Of a DNA stretch of 64,000 nucleotides, positions 25,560 to 46,061 are shown piece after piece. Below the pieces are notes generated by a model that made no database searches, was not told where the DNA came from, and saw only the letters and a program-made list of their open reading frames with translations. The number at the start of each line of letters is the position of its first letter. Positions within the stretch are counted from its first letter, which is position 1. The position numbers were made by a program, and so were the translations under genes. Source of the DNA: Catajapyx aquilonaris (taxonomy: Eukaryota); contig KZ538152.1 in the NCBI GenBank assembly GCA_000934665.2, positions 1 through 64,000 of the forward strand, read 5' to 3'.

Positions 25560-26080
25560 TATTAAAATAACCAGATTAGTGGCAAACCTTAGACACCTAT
25601 ATCACCTAGACTTCTTTTAATGGGTCGCGCCATTACGCTTGACAACGAAAACGACTGCACTTGGTGTAATCTAAAAGAACCCTACTCTCTCTATCATACT
25701 GTATACTTTACAACTGTCCAATTTTCCGTGCCCCTCGTAAAGCCTTCTTATGCCCAACTATCCTCCAGACAAATTTCACTGTTTATTTATTTCCCTCTCA
25801 TCAGAAGAAGCCTTTTTTACTCTATAATTTTTTTTGAAACAGTTGCTAAAATGTTTGAACTGTGCAATTAAAAACTTAACAATTCCCCCCCTCCCTGCCA
25901 CGTGATTTATCAGTGTGTTTTTTGACAAATGTTTTTGATCCGAGTATGTCTCTCTTTACTTTTCTTTTTTACGGTTAGCCATGTTATTGTACCCATAAAA
26001 TTATCTGGTGTCTGATGTCCCCCTAAAAGGGCTCCGCCCTATCATGGGGTCGAATATATAAATAAAAAGAATAAAATAAA
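25560..26080 (+). mobile_element. LINE 3' fragment
   Basis: RLVANLR and CTWCNLKEPYSLYH zinc-knuckle remnant; tail ccccctaaaagggc...cctatcatggggt followed by an A-rich run. Confidence 0.7.
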
Positions 26081-26167
26081 TACTGTCACGATCCAACATA
26101 CTTACCGGTATGCGAGGTTTTCTGATGGGTAACATAACAGTGAAACGGTGAGATTGATACCCTAGCC

Positions 26168-26395
26168 CAGGCGCGTAGCTACCGGGGGGGGGGGGGNCTC
26201 ATGCAGTAACAATAGGAAAAATAGTAGAGCGAAAAATGGGAAGATACGCGAAGAGAAATTGCAAAAAATGAAAGAAATATAAATAAATAATAAGTCAAAG
26301 TGGGGGGAAGGCAGATAAAAGCTTAATAATAAACAGCTTAGTGCAGAAAAATCGCTATTAAACCCCCCCATAAGAATTTTCCAGCTACGCGCCTG
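26168..26395. mobile_element. hAT-like MITE
   Basis: caggcgcgtagct...agctacgcgcctg TIR; near-perfect 8-bp TSD ccctagcc/ccctaacc. Confidence 0.8.
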
Positions 26396-26881
26396 CCCTA
26401 ACCCACATACGACAAACTGTGTACGATTGTATATTATATATGATCCCATGTTCCAGCATACCCTTTGAAGTTCCAGAGAAACACCCCGCCTAAATAACCT
26501 ATACATCCAATGTTGTATTGATCCTCTGAACAGAATCCACAAGGATTCTTAAATACGCACTGATTAAGATCCGTTCAGAATATGATTAAGAAACTCAGTT
26601 ACTACTTTTCCAAGAATTCTCGATGGACCCAAATACATCGGAAGAAAAATTGCACCGTGTTTTTATTTTTATTATTCCTAGGCATTGAACAGCGGTTTTA
26701 TGTGCATGGACTAGCGCAATTATCATAATTAAACTACGTAACTATATGTGAGGCCTTGAGGACTATGAAACAGCGTGCCCCAGTATGAAATATTAAAGGG
26801 CGATCTGCAATAACTATCCTGTTAATTTTTTTTAGAGACCAGTTTACAAGGGATTCTTGTCATTTCATTTTCAATAATGGA

Positions 26882-27533
26882 GGAGGCACAAATGGGCGAG
26901 TGCTGGGCGAGTGGCCTTCCGTTCGATTTGCCTGAAAATTGGATATGTTGCAGCTCAGACCATCCTGATCAATGTTGGCAGATGTTGGATAGGGACATTT
27001 CGAGGTAGGACCTACAGGGAGCATGCTAATTGCTATTCATCGAAGAGGCTAGAAGACTGCTGTGAGAGAAACCTCGCTTCCTTACACTGACCCAATGAAT
27101 GTTGAAGTGCACTGGAGGAAACTCCAGATGACAACCTTCAAGGAGTAGAATATGAACCAGATGAATAGGTAATAAAGATTCATAGATAATTTAATGCAAT
27201 AACCATTGAGTTCCTGAGACTTATTGTAGTCTACTACTCCCCCTATTACCTTTGGAGGTCATTAGCATGCTCCCTGTAGGTCCTACCTCGAAATGTCCAT
27301 ATCCAACATCGATCAGGATGGTCTGGGCTGCAACATATCCAATTTTCAGCCAAATCGAACGGAAAACCAGAGCATATCCCATATAACCTTCGGAGGTCAA
27401 TAGCATGCTCCCTGTAGGTCCTACCTCGAAATGTCCCTATCGATCATTGATCAGGATGGTCTGGGCCATAACATATCCAATTTTCAGGCAAATCGAACGG
27501 AAGGCCACTCGCCCATATATTTTGTGCCTCATC
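26882..27533. repeat. Inverted repeat whose right arm is tandemly duplicated
   Basis: 26882-27030 is the reverse complement of two consecutive ~140-bp units at ~27253-27367 and ~27393-27533. Confidence 0.8.
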
Positions 27534-27602
27534 CTTTGTCCACATAACAAAAAGACTTAATACAGTGGTTTCCAACCGGGGGGTCGCGAGCCTTGGTTCA
27601 AC

Positions 27603-27652
27603 GTTGTTGTTGTTGTTGTTGTTGGTGGTGTTGTTTTTGTTGTTGTTGTTTT
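27603..27652. repeat. (GTT)n microsatellite inside a hAT-like end (cagtggtttccaacc at 27563)
   Basis: Direct reading of the sequence. Confidence 0.8.
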
Positions 27653-27887
27653 TTGCAACTTCTGTGTCAATTGAACCATTTTTGCGGCCGTACAGAGTGT
27701 ATGTTTTCTGCAAAGGGGCCAGTTTTAGAAGGGGTCGGGGGGGGGGGGGTCGCACATTTATGGAAACATGTATAGGGGGTCCCGAGATGAATATAATAAG
27801 TTAGGCAGCTTACTTATTAATTTATAAAATATTACGATTTATATATTTCAAATTGCAATATGTAGCCTACGATAAAATAGACATAGA

Positions 27888-28077
27888 TCACTTTATTACC
27901 CGTATCTAGGTGTACGTACATCATTGAGCATTTCTTCCTTAATTATTGGATAATATAGTAATATTACTATATTATCCAATAAGTTATTATTATCCAATAT
28001 AGTAATATTACTATATTATCCAATGAGGAAGAAATGCTCAATGATGTACGTACACCTAGATACGGGTAATAAAGTGA
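27888..28077. repeat. Perfect 52-bp-arm inverted repeat enclosing nested AT-rich palindromes
   Basis: 27888-27939 is the exact reverse complement of 28026-28077; 27943-27982 is a perfect 40-bp palindrome. Confidence 0.95.
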
Positions 28078-28539
28078 CACAAATAATGGCAGGTGCATAG
28101 CCCTAAGGGAGGTTTTCATTATAAAAAAGGACAGAAGCGCTATGTATAAAACGGTATAAAATATGTATGAAGTTGGCTACTTTCCATCCTGTCACGCCCT
28201 GCCAGGGTCAGATTTCATTTTGCGATAATAGTGAATCTACTGCAGCGTTTGATGAACATATGACATTGCTCTGCTCTCTCTCACACACGATTGCAACATC
28301 GTCAGTCAGTAAGGTCGGTGGCTGTGCATGTATTTTACACATTCTAAAATAGAGATTCGTGAAATTTTGGCAATTATTATTATTGCTATATGAATAAGTC
28401 AGACAATATTATAGAGACAAAATGTAGGCGCTAGGTAGTAAATGGACCTACAACATTCTGAGTAGACCTATGATATGAAGGTGTGGGTGACAAAAGTGTT
28501 GTTAGCTTCAGGGCAACTTTGAGACAGAATCGATATTGC

Positions 28540-29415
28540 AGAATGCGGGGGCGTAAGGTGCGGGGGAGTAGACACAGTATATATTGTCTTCCTGTTGACG
28601 TCACCCGCCTTCAAAATCTGTATGCTGCTCGTTAGTCGCGACAATAACCATCTTGCATTCTCTAGAAGTTTGAACCGGCAATTAAAAAGACGTACGGATG
28701 GATGAATAATAGCCAGTCATAACTGATACTGCCTGTACCGCAATAACGGTGTGTTGTCTCCGTTACCTGCGATTTATGTCGCATTGCTCATTGCCATGCG
28801 ACTGGGATAACGTACTGTACATATAAGAGCCAGTTGTAACACATTTGACATTTGATCAAAATATGCCATATAACATTTTTTTCCCGTACATTGCACAAGC
28901 TTTGATGGACCGTCCCTCATGCCCCCATCGCATGTAGACTGATCAGCATTATAATCCCAACTGACGCAGGCTGTCGACTTGTGATCGACCAAATGTTGAA
29001 GGACTTCCTGCCCACGTGTTTTTTTGCGCGCGATTCGGGACCCCAAATGAAAAACCAGTCCCTCGTGACGTCAGAGGTGTCGAAACACCCCAACCTCCTC
29101 CCCCCTGGCGCGTAGGTGTTCCAATTGTACAGCATATAAAGCTTTTTATTCGTATCCCAAGTCCTGGCACGCAGAGTCGACAGCACCTTTATTCCAGCAA
29201 GGACGTGTATGTGGAGAGAACCTGTTCTGTGACGTAGTGTGAAAGGATAGGGGTGGTGCTTAGAGGGGATAGTATCGAACTTGCATTGTACTTGCGATCG
29301 GTTGTCTACCTGGCTCCTGGCTGGTGTGGCCAAGGAGGAAAAATGAGTTTGTCTTGAACACGGGTCTTGAAGCTGGTCTGCTTGCTTGTTTCATTAGGAG
29401 TGGACAGCAGGACAG
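28540..29415 (+). promoter_or_regulatory. Probable QPCT promoter / 5' non-coding exon with CRE sites
   Basis: CpG-rich; full TGACGTCA at 28596 and 29066; donor CAG|gtaaat at 29416. Confidence 0.45.
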
Positions 29416-30386
29416 GTAAATGTAGGGGTGACCTGTGTATTGGTGCATGCAGTCGCCAGTGAAAGTGCGAGGAGTATTTTTAATGGGGTCTATTTGGCTG
29501 CTTGGTCGTGCGACAGATTGGCGAAAGTTTGGCCGAAGTAGGTATAAAGTATCAAGGACGTGGTGGTATGGCAGTGGACCACATTTAGCTAGTACTGACG
29601 CGACGGTCAGGTAGAACCTTCTTGCCAATGCTGCATGGCAGTTATGAAGTTGCTATAGCAACTCAAGGATTGATCCTTTTTTGACTTGTAGTTCAGGGAA
29701 TGGTTATGGAACAGTAATCATTGGGAAGTAATATGGTGGCAAATATTGCTAGTGCATCAAAGTTGCTGTTAAAGTGGTATTGCAGTAATGTGTGTCATGC
29801 CGCAGTGTACCTCTAAGATGCAGTAAAAATGTAAGTGTTTGTATACAGGTCTTGCATTGTTGCTCATGTTTCAAAAGTACTTGTAAAATTTTATGAGAGT
29901 TGGGTTTCTCCTGTTTAGAAAGAAAACTTGAATGTAGGGAAGTGCCCAACACACATGTAGGCAGCGTTATTATAGCACCTCACAGTCTGGTCTAGACTAT
30001 AGTTAATTGGGCTACTTTGTGATGGACCTTAATTTACATCAAATCATCTCACGCTGCTTAAATAGCATGAACAATTTTAATGCATTTTAAATATGTAGTG
30101 AACACAACTGATGTGGTACTTGGGAAACTGATAGCTGTAGGGAACCGCGAGAGGTGAGTTCTGCCACGTCAATTGGCAATGCCAGTCACAAAGTAAGAAA
30201 CACCTGCTCATATTCTTCCCTGTGGGGCATTATATTGTCAGTTACTGGTATTAAGTATATCAAAACTGACTTATTTGTGCTGAATTATTTGTCACCAAAA
30301 TTAGATAATGTTATCACGTTAATATTACTCATACGGAAGCATTTTTTGACAACCATATGTTTTTCAGAGTACTGCAGGAATTTCCA

Positions 30387-38368
<7,982 letters not shown>

Positions 38369-38729
38369 GACAATCACTGAGGCTGAGGTAATGCAGTTGA
38401 TGTCCATATTGTATCTCAGGAGAGGTGGATAACCACCCTTTCAAAATATTCTTCAATATCAGAGAAACCTACCAGTTTTTAAAAATCCAGATAGGCCACT
38501 ACCCATTCATAAAATTGAAAATAGTTGGCTAAATTCTGTTTACAGAGCACTTAGTGAAGAGAATGATGGTAATAAAATACTTGGTACTTGTAATCTTCAT
38601 GATACAATCAAATTGTGGTGTGCTATGTGATATCACCAGATTCCGAAGTGCATGGTTTAAGTGAAAGGCCACCTGGATAAATTGATCCAGAATCTGGTTC
38701 ACTTTTAGTGATGTTTTGAGGAGCACTTG

Positions 38730-38972
38730 TACCTTCCCCAAACCCATGGGTTTATGCGCACCCCCTGGTTTGCGAGTCATTGCGGCATAACTCGTACAAA
38801 ATGTATGGGTCAGTGATAACCTCCATGGGCCATTGGCACATGCATTTTCTTTCTTACATGTTTTCGCACTTTTTACGTGGAGGTTATCACTGACCCATGC
38901 GTTTCGTATGAGTTACCCGCAATGACTTGCAAACTGGAGGGTGTGCATAAACCCATGAATTTGGGGAAGGTA
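38730..38972. mobile_element. TA-bounded hairpin MITE downstream of the QPCT stop
   Basis: ~97-bp inverted arms (taccttccccaaa... / ...tttggggaaggta) with a ~50-bp spacer. Confidence 0.85.
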
Positions 38973-41900
38973 AAAGACAGGTGGGTGGATATTGCCTTGT
39001 GCAATACAGAAAGAAACTCCAGGAATCATATGAAAATACAAAATTGTGACTTTCATATATTTTGTACTTTCCACAAGAATTGGTAGAGCAATGCAATTTT
39101 AAGGGGCATTTTTTGAACATGCACTTTTGAGCAAAGTATTTTGTGACTTTTCTAATTGATGTGCAGCACATTTTCTTGCTTGTGTGAATTGAGCAGTTTC
39201 TACAAACTAGTGTATGGATAAAAACAAGGCATGACCATTCTGGCACCATTAGAACTCTGTCCTTACTGGTTCAAATGTTGCATTGTTGAAAGGTCAGCAT
39301 CTTCTGCATCCAAGGTGATGGGGGACATTCACTTAAACCTTGCTGACAGTCTTGGAATGGATAAAGGATAGCACAATTTATTGCAACTTCTGTTGGGAGT
39401 GCCTTCTCAAAGCTGCTTTATTTGTGCAGTGTTTAATTTCTAGTGTGAACCAAGTGGGACTTGTAACAATCAACTCTTCTCAAAGAAATAAGGAGGAAAA
39501 TTGAGCAGTGCATATTAATCATTTTGAAGAGCAGAGCCTTCATGATGATCAATATTATTCTAGTGTAGGTGTGAAAATGTAAATTTTGATGTCGATAACT
39601 GATGTAAATATGTGAATTGTGGTATTAACGTACTTGTGAGCAATGTGAAAGCTCAGCAGTAACAATATGGGCCGTTTGTAAATGTGAAATGTGCAGATCT
39701 AGCCATAAGGTGCAGAAGGAAAATTTGCTGGTGTCTTTCTTTGTGGTAAACAAAATGCAACCTTAAGAAAGTTCAGGTTTAATGTTATGATTAATGGCAT
39801 TCTTTAAAATGAAGTGACAGCAAGAAAAGACATTCCTCTGCCACCAGAGGAATTGCATATTATTTGTGGTGCATTTTTTTCTTGTTCTTGGGTTCCAAAT
39901 GTGTGAGCAACTAGTGTGTGATTAGTAAATGCTGAAGGTATGATTGAGAGGACAAGCAACACTTATACTTGGCATCGAGGTAGTTTGAGAGTAGCTTGAT
40001 GACAGCAGCTAGTGTCACATGTCTGATTTTGGGATGACCGTTCATTATAAATTATTTGCTAAATGACCGGCACATGAAGGAGATATTGCGCAAGTCTGCT
40101 CAAGGGACCAGCAATGGATACAGAACTGCAAATCAGCAGGGGAATTGCTGTTCAGTTAACTTATTGTGTGCATTTTGCTATGGGAACAAATGCAGGCTCA
40201 ATTGTTCACGAGGTTAGTTAAATTATTATTCATTTTGCAATATTGAGTTCCTTCTTTCCAAGGATGCCAATGTGGCCTAAATGCTTGATTCTTATCTTTA
40301 TGCTGGTACCAAGCACACAGAATTGTGTAAAATTTGCCATATTGGGAAGCATTTTGGACTGTAATGCTAACTTACATGTTGACTGAATTTTAGTAACAGA
40401 TAAATGCAACTTTTCTGAACATAGTGCTTCACAGAAGTCTTGCCAACCCAGGCATAAGTTTTACTGGGCTGTATGTCACCACTGGACGTATATTATTGAC
40501 ATTTTGACTAAAATTGATCATTAGAATGCAGAAAAAATGTGGCAAATATACTTCGGGCTAAAGAGTGATGATTTTATTCTGTTGTGTTAAAAACCACTTA
40601 CAAATTAGTGTAGCCAGGTCAAGAGTGTCCACTGTATGTTCCTTAATGCTGTGCAGGTGATAGATTGCAATGCACTGCACAATAGTTGTGGATGACCTGG
40701 TGACATCATGCACCTACACCTGCCTTCTCAGTTGTGGTGTGTGCCAAGCAATGTCCAGAAAACAAAGTGTTGGAAAGTGATGTATTGGTCACATATTGAA
40801 AGTCTTATGTAATGGATACACTTCTCATGCACATTAGAGGCATAGTGAAAACTACATACCATATTTAACATGCTCACTCCATTTACTGGCATAAAGTGAC
40901 CTCACATCTATCTAATACAAAAGAAATATAGTGTATAACACTGTTGTCTGGTGGCAGAGTTGTATACAGTATGCTACTATCTCAGCACCCTCTCTCTCTC
41001 CTGGCTATTTAAGTTCTGGTGGGAAGAAGCCATCTAGGCTTTACGAGAGGGAAAATCAAAGATCGAACATAATTTTCATAAGTTATTTCCTCACGTATCT
41101 CATGTATGAAGAAAGTAAGAGCTCAACCTTATATATCCTGCCCTGCATAATTGTTAGGGCCAGTTGCAATGCCTCCTGGAAACATTTTTCATCTGGAAAT
41201 CAGCCAGGAGTTCATTATTCATTGTTGACGATAGTCAATAACTCATTTTTGTGGCTCCTGCCCAGCCCAAAAATGTGTCCTGGGGGCAGTGCAACCAGGC
41301 CTCATTGGATATGCCAAACCTCCCAATATTGCAATGATCAGTTCAAAGGAGAGAACTAGAAATTCTATGGTGCCCAAAAAAAATCTGAATTTCCTCTACT
41401 GATGCTGGTAGGCTGGCAATTTCACAGTAGTAGATGACACCAGATGACACCCAGGAGGTGATCTAAACACGTCCAGCTCAAGCGAGCATCAGGCTGTGTG
41501 TGTGGAGAACTAGAGTTATGCATAATAAAATGACTCATGCAATATTTGATGTAAGATAAATGATAAGGACCCCATTAATATATGCATATCAACAATGTCA
41601 TTGTCCTACTTGTATTGCATTCAAATGACCTCATACCTTGTTTACCATACGATGTATTCAAATTACACTTACAGTATGAGTAAGAACATTGTTGATACCT
41701 GTATGATTTGTGCATTTTTGTCTCGAGTTATATTTTTGATAAATTTTTTTGCAAACTTTTATTGTCGTATACGTTGTTGTGACAATTGAGGTTTTATTAC
41801 ATTATTGAAGTGTAGCAATGTCTTCAAGTCATGATAATTGCTGAGAAGCAAAATCACACATTTGCTGCTGTCATCTTCTAGTTGTAATTGTCCCTCCTCC

Positions 41901-43139
41901 ATATATGAAGGTATGCACTGTGCCTATAATAATGTGACTTTGTGTAGCCTGCAGAGCAGTCTGGGTTACTCTATCTCTACCATACCTTTGGCTAGCAGTG
42001 GCATAGGGTTGGTTTTTTGTCCCACTGCTACTTAGCAACTGTACCTCTATCAACAAGTTACCATCGTAACCAACAAGGAAGCTTATGGGAAAATCCTCAC
42101 TAGCAGAAAAAAACACCTCCCATTCTCTGTGGCATAGGAATTGTGTGCATTGTTTGCCTCCCTTATTCCTCCATCCCGTTCAACATGCCCCTTTCCCATT
42201 AATTTGGTTCAATGATAGTGTTTTCTGTTTACTATGATTTGGACAAATTCTTTGTTAAATGAGCTAGGTGTCTATGGACATCTGTTGCATTGCACTATTA
42301 TTGTCATTATTTTATAATATTATTACTTAACATTCCAGTGACTGTTTACTTTGGACTGTAACTTTGTATATTTTTATGTTCCTGTACAGAAACTCCGTGA
42401 TCATAGTTGTAAGTACTGTCATTGAAAAGACGGGATGTTTTATACTGTAGCAGACAATATTGTATCAATACATCCGTCCAAATTTTTATTTGAACATGGC
42501 AAAGAATTTTTTTTGTATATCTTGGGGCATTTACGGGAGTGTTATGTACCATACTGTATGGCAATATTTGTGACATGTATTTTATCACATTTCATGTAGC
42601 AGGAATTATTATTTTTTGGTTACTTGAATGGTGCTTCTCTTTTGCAGAAATGGTGTGGCATAGTATTTGTACTGTGTTAAGGTTCAAAATTAAAACTATA
42701 TATATTTATTATGCTTTGACACATTATTTGGATCTTGCTCGCTTCATAGTTTCAGTTGCAGCGGAGCTGAAAAAGGCCTTTTGCAGATATGATAAACACA
42801 GCTGAAAAACTTATCATTGAGTACTGGCTTTTGCTGTTTTGGTTTGGATCTGCCAACTTGTTAAAACCTACAATCCTGACGACTACTGCAATATCAGAAA
42901 TCAAAATACCGCTAGTAAACCCCCCATCGCAAACCCATCGACTTAAAAGCACTCTTATGCGAAGCGCTCCATCTGGCCATGGTTAGTACGCACTAGAGAC
43001 GAAGGCAATATAAACTATCGGATCCTGTTTATCCTCCTATTCCCGTCCAGCCTGCCATCCCCCGCTCCCCGCCGCTGGAGAGTGGGCAGAAGACCCGGGG
43101 ATAAAAAACAGAACGAGAGAAGGCGGATGATAGAGGGAG

Positions 43140-43235
43140 GGAGGTGGGGGGGCGCCTGTACCCTCCAATGCCATAAAAGGCAAGGTTTGCCTAATTTGGG
43201 AGCTATGCGCGCTCAACATGGCGGCCTCCAGTCGC
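43140..43235 (+). promoter_or_regulatory. Candidate SRF promoter: GC-rich box, CCAAT (43165), CArG CCATAAAAGG (43171-43180), CArG CCTAATTTGG (43190-43199), YY1/PHO motif CAACATGGCGGC (43214-43225)
   Basis: Exact consensus matches clustered in under 100 bp of CpG-rich DNA, 1.2 kb upstream of the SRF ATG. Confidence 0.7.
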
Positions 43236-44416
43236 TCATCATTGTATTAGTACGCCTCATTTCAGATTGACTACCCGACAATTTATGCTCATGTCAAATG
43301 ATATAGGAGTACTAGTTTAGGTTTGGATGCTGTGCGGCTTTAGCTGTACATGCGGTTTGATGCACGTCTGGCTACTCTTCAACGCGCTGTGATTGGGGAA
43401 TACCTGGGACTATTTGTGCGGAGGTTTACCCAGGGCTATTTGGCTGCCGGACTAGCTATCACCCATGTAGCTATTGATGCATGTATTAGCTAGTTAAGAC
43501 ACCATGATATTAGATACAGGTATTAGGCTGGTATTTTGGTACGTGCGCACTTATTGGTGGTGCCGCGGGCATTTTGGTTCATTTAAAAATGAACATTACT
43601 TATATTAATAAACGTCAACCAGTTTACCCGCAAGAATTAACGACTAATTTTAAAGCTTTAATGGAAATTGTATCCTACAGGCTGTTATTGCATACAATAA
43701 CCTACACTACCACCAGCAGATTGCTATGCTCTACTCCTGATATAATATGCTTTTTCACAGTAGGGCCTAATCATTTGCAATTTACACAACATGTAGGTCT
43801 TTCGAAGCCAACAGCAATCTTTATGGTGCCCACAGTTTTAAACTTCAGTATTATTTAGATGATAAATTAGGCAATCCCAAGACCTCATCATATGACACCT
43901 ACCAATAAGTTTAGTCTTAAAAAGCCCGATAAAGCTTCAACCCTGTGAAGTACGCCTATTATTAAACCCCGACTATAACATCATATAGGTCAGGCCCGGT
44001 CTATACACAGGCCTGTCCTGCCAAATCCCAATAATTCTGGTATTCTGGTATCCCCGAAGTATTCGTGCCGTAAACTACACCGCCGTAAGAAGTCAGGAAG
44101 CAGCAATCCAGCTCTGCAAAGTTGGGCTCTTGCTCATCGGATGTATTCCAAAACGTTCCCACTTAATATTTTCCAAGCCATAGCCGTTACCTGTAAGCAG
44201 CTAGTCCGCCATACTGGCGATCCCAGGCGCCAGTAAGCAGCTGCGTTACTCCGAGTCGAGTGGCCCTCAACCCTGCAAGATCGGCTCAGAAATGGACCGA
44301 GCTCCGAACGGGAAGGAGCAGTGGACTGAGTGCAAGTGACGGGGGCGCGGTTGTGTATTGTGCGCCGCTTGCTACCCCCCGACCAGTGGTACAGTGTGGG
44401 TGTGGGACCCATAAGT

Positions 44417-44812
44417 ATGCAGACTGAAGAGGAGATGCAGGAGTCCAGATACCTGTTTGGGTCGGCCGGAGACGAGATGTACGGGATAAAGCGAAGTGCC
44501 GAGGAAGCCGAACTGATGGACCCGTCGGCGTTCGGAAACATCATGGACCACCACCCGCACCACCACCATCCTCATCACCATAATCCGCACCATCACCACC
44601 TGACGGGACAGCCTCAGGCAGACTCATCCCCGCCTCAGGTGGACAACAACAACAAGCAGCAACAACAGCAACAGAGTGTGCCGCAGAAGAAGGCACCTCC
44701 GCCGAACGGCAAGAAGACCAAAGGAAGGGTCAAGATCAAGATGGAATTCATTGACAATAAGCTCAGGAGGTACACCACCTTCTCCAAGAGGAAGACAGGA
44801 ATTATGAAGAAG
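44417..44812 (+). CDS. SRF: Serum response factor (blistered ortholog), first coding exon with the N-terminal half of the MADS box; gene incomplete in this window
   Basis: KKTKGRVKIKMEFIDNKLRRYTTFSKRKTGIMKK is the SRF MADS box; AAG|gtaggc donor at 44813; His-rich and Gln-rich N-terminus. The start ATG choice is inferred. Confidence 0.95.
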
Positions 44813-45797
44813 GTAGGCGGATGATTTTGCTTGATTTGATTGGCCTCTGGAGGTGTCTAGGTTCACGGCAGTCGGGTAAGGTTGGCAGTCCTGAGTTGCC
44901 GGCCAGGCCTACCAAAGCACGGGACACGCGTGGTTTTTTTAAGCCCGTCTGTACGATGGTGGGTGGGTTTTCTCAGAAGGTTGCCGTCACCGGTGTGCCA
45001 GCATTTATTTGTGAGGAGTCAACCACAAAGTTGGCTTCTTGGGGATTAGCTGGATTTTTCAAGAAGGTGTATTACTCGGTGGTACACGTAAGTGCTGGAC
45101 CTGAACTTAGTTGCCCGAAGAGAGACCGCAGGCATGATACAAAACATTGCAGGCTACTCATATCCGCATGGGCCACTTGAAAAAAATATGATAATTTAAG
45201 TGTTAGCTATATCACGTGACAGATATAAATCTATTGTGCAAGATAAGTCTATCCAGCCAACCATACAGTACACACCTCTCAGGATAGAAAGATGATATAC
45301 TGTGTATCCAAGAATAGGTGTTGAAAGGCGTCTGTCAGAGCATCCTGGATGTTGAGTGCAGGTGTCATAACCCCATGGAGTAATATTTTGTAATCACGAA
45401 AAGGGTGGGGGAAGGTAATAGGAAAAGCTGCCAATTCAGAGAAAGAAGGGCAGCTTCATGGTCAGTATATACTGATGATAATAGTTATAAGGAAATTGTT
45501 TCTGTATTTGAAATTAATAGCGAAGTGAGTGTACGTAGTATTTGAGAATATTATTCTAATTTTCTGTGCCTCAAGGCCCCATATACGCAATATAATATCC
45601 GGATTTGAAACATTAATTTCTCGGAATGCGAATTTTTTCTGGTTTGAACATAGTCTGATGTGCCGGTCTGTGAGGAGCACTTGTAAAGAATATTACCAAT
45701 ATGGATTTACACTTGGGCTCAGCGGGTCTTGTTGGTGTTATTTTAAATTCAAATGAGAATGTTATTTTGCTGTTCAGTCATACCAATAAATTATATG

Positions 45798-46061
45798 CAG
45801 GGTGTTCCAAGTATGCGGTTTGGTTTCGTTATATGAAATTTCGCTCGAAGCAGTTTTTCTTTTGTACTTGTTGCGACCAGATCCAGGTGCCCTATTATAT
45901 AGCAATTGCTATATTGGACCACCTGCGAATAATTGGGCACCTGGATCGGGGCGCAAAACGCTACACAAAAAATAGCTACTTCGGGCTATGTTAGCGTACT
46001 AACTAAACCGACCATGATGCTTGTAACCAGGGTCATCTAGACCTTGGCTTGTAACACCCTG
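45798..46061. mobile_element. Tc1/mariner-like MITE
   Basis: cagggtgttccaag ... cttgtaacaccctg|TA; internal hairpin gatccaggtgccc/gggcacctggatc. Confidence 0.7.

Noticed and set aside
29273..29415. Open frame upstream of QPCT that could splice in-frame to give an extended (isoQC- or mitochondrial-type) N-terminus
   Set aside because: No in-frame ATG after the TAG at 29270; treated as 5' UTR
39000..43000. Possible hidden minus-strand gene between QPCT and SRF
   Set aside because: The frames examined were closed or unrecognisable; better explained as a long 3' UTR or decayed repeats
43218..43250. ATGGCGGCC as a protein start
   Set aside because: The frame closes after 10 codons; better read as a YY1 motif or short uORF
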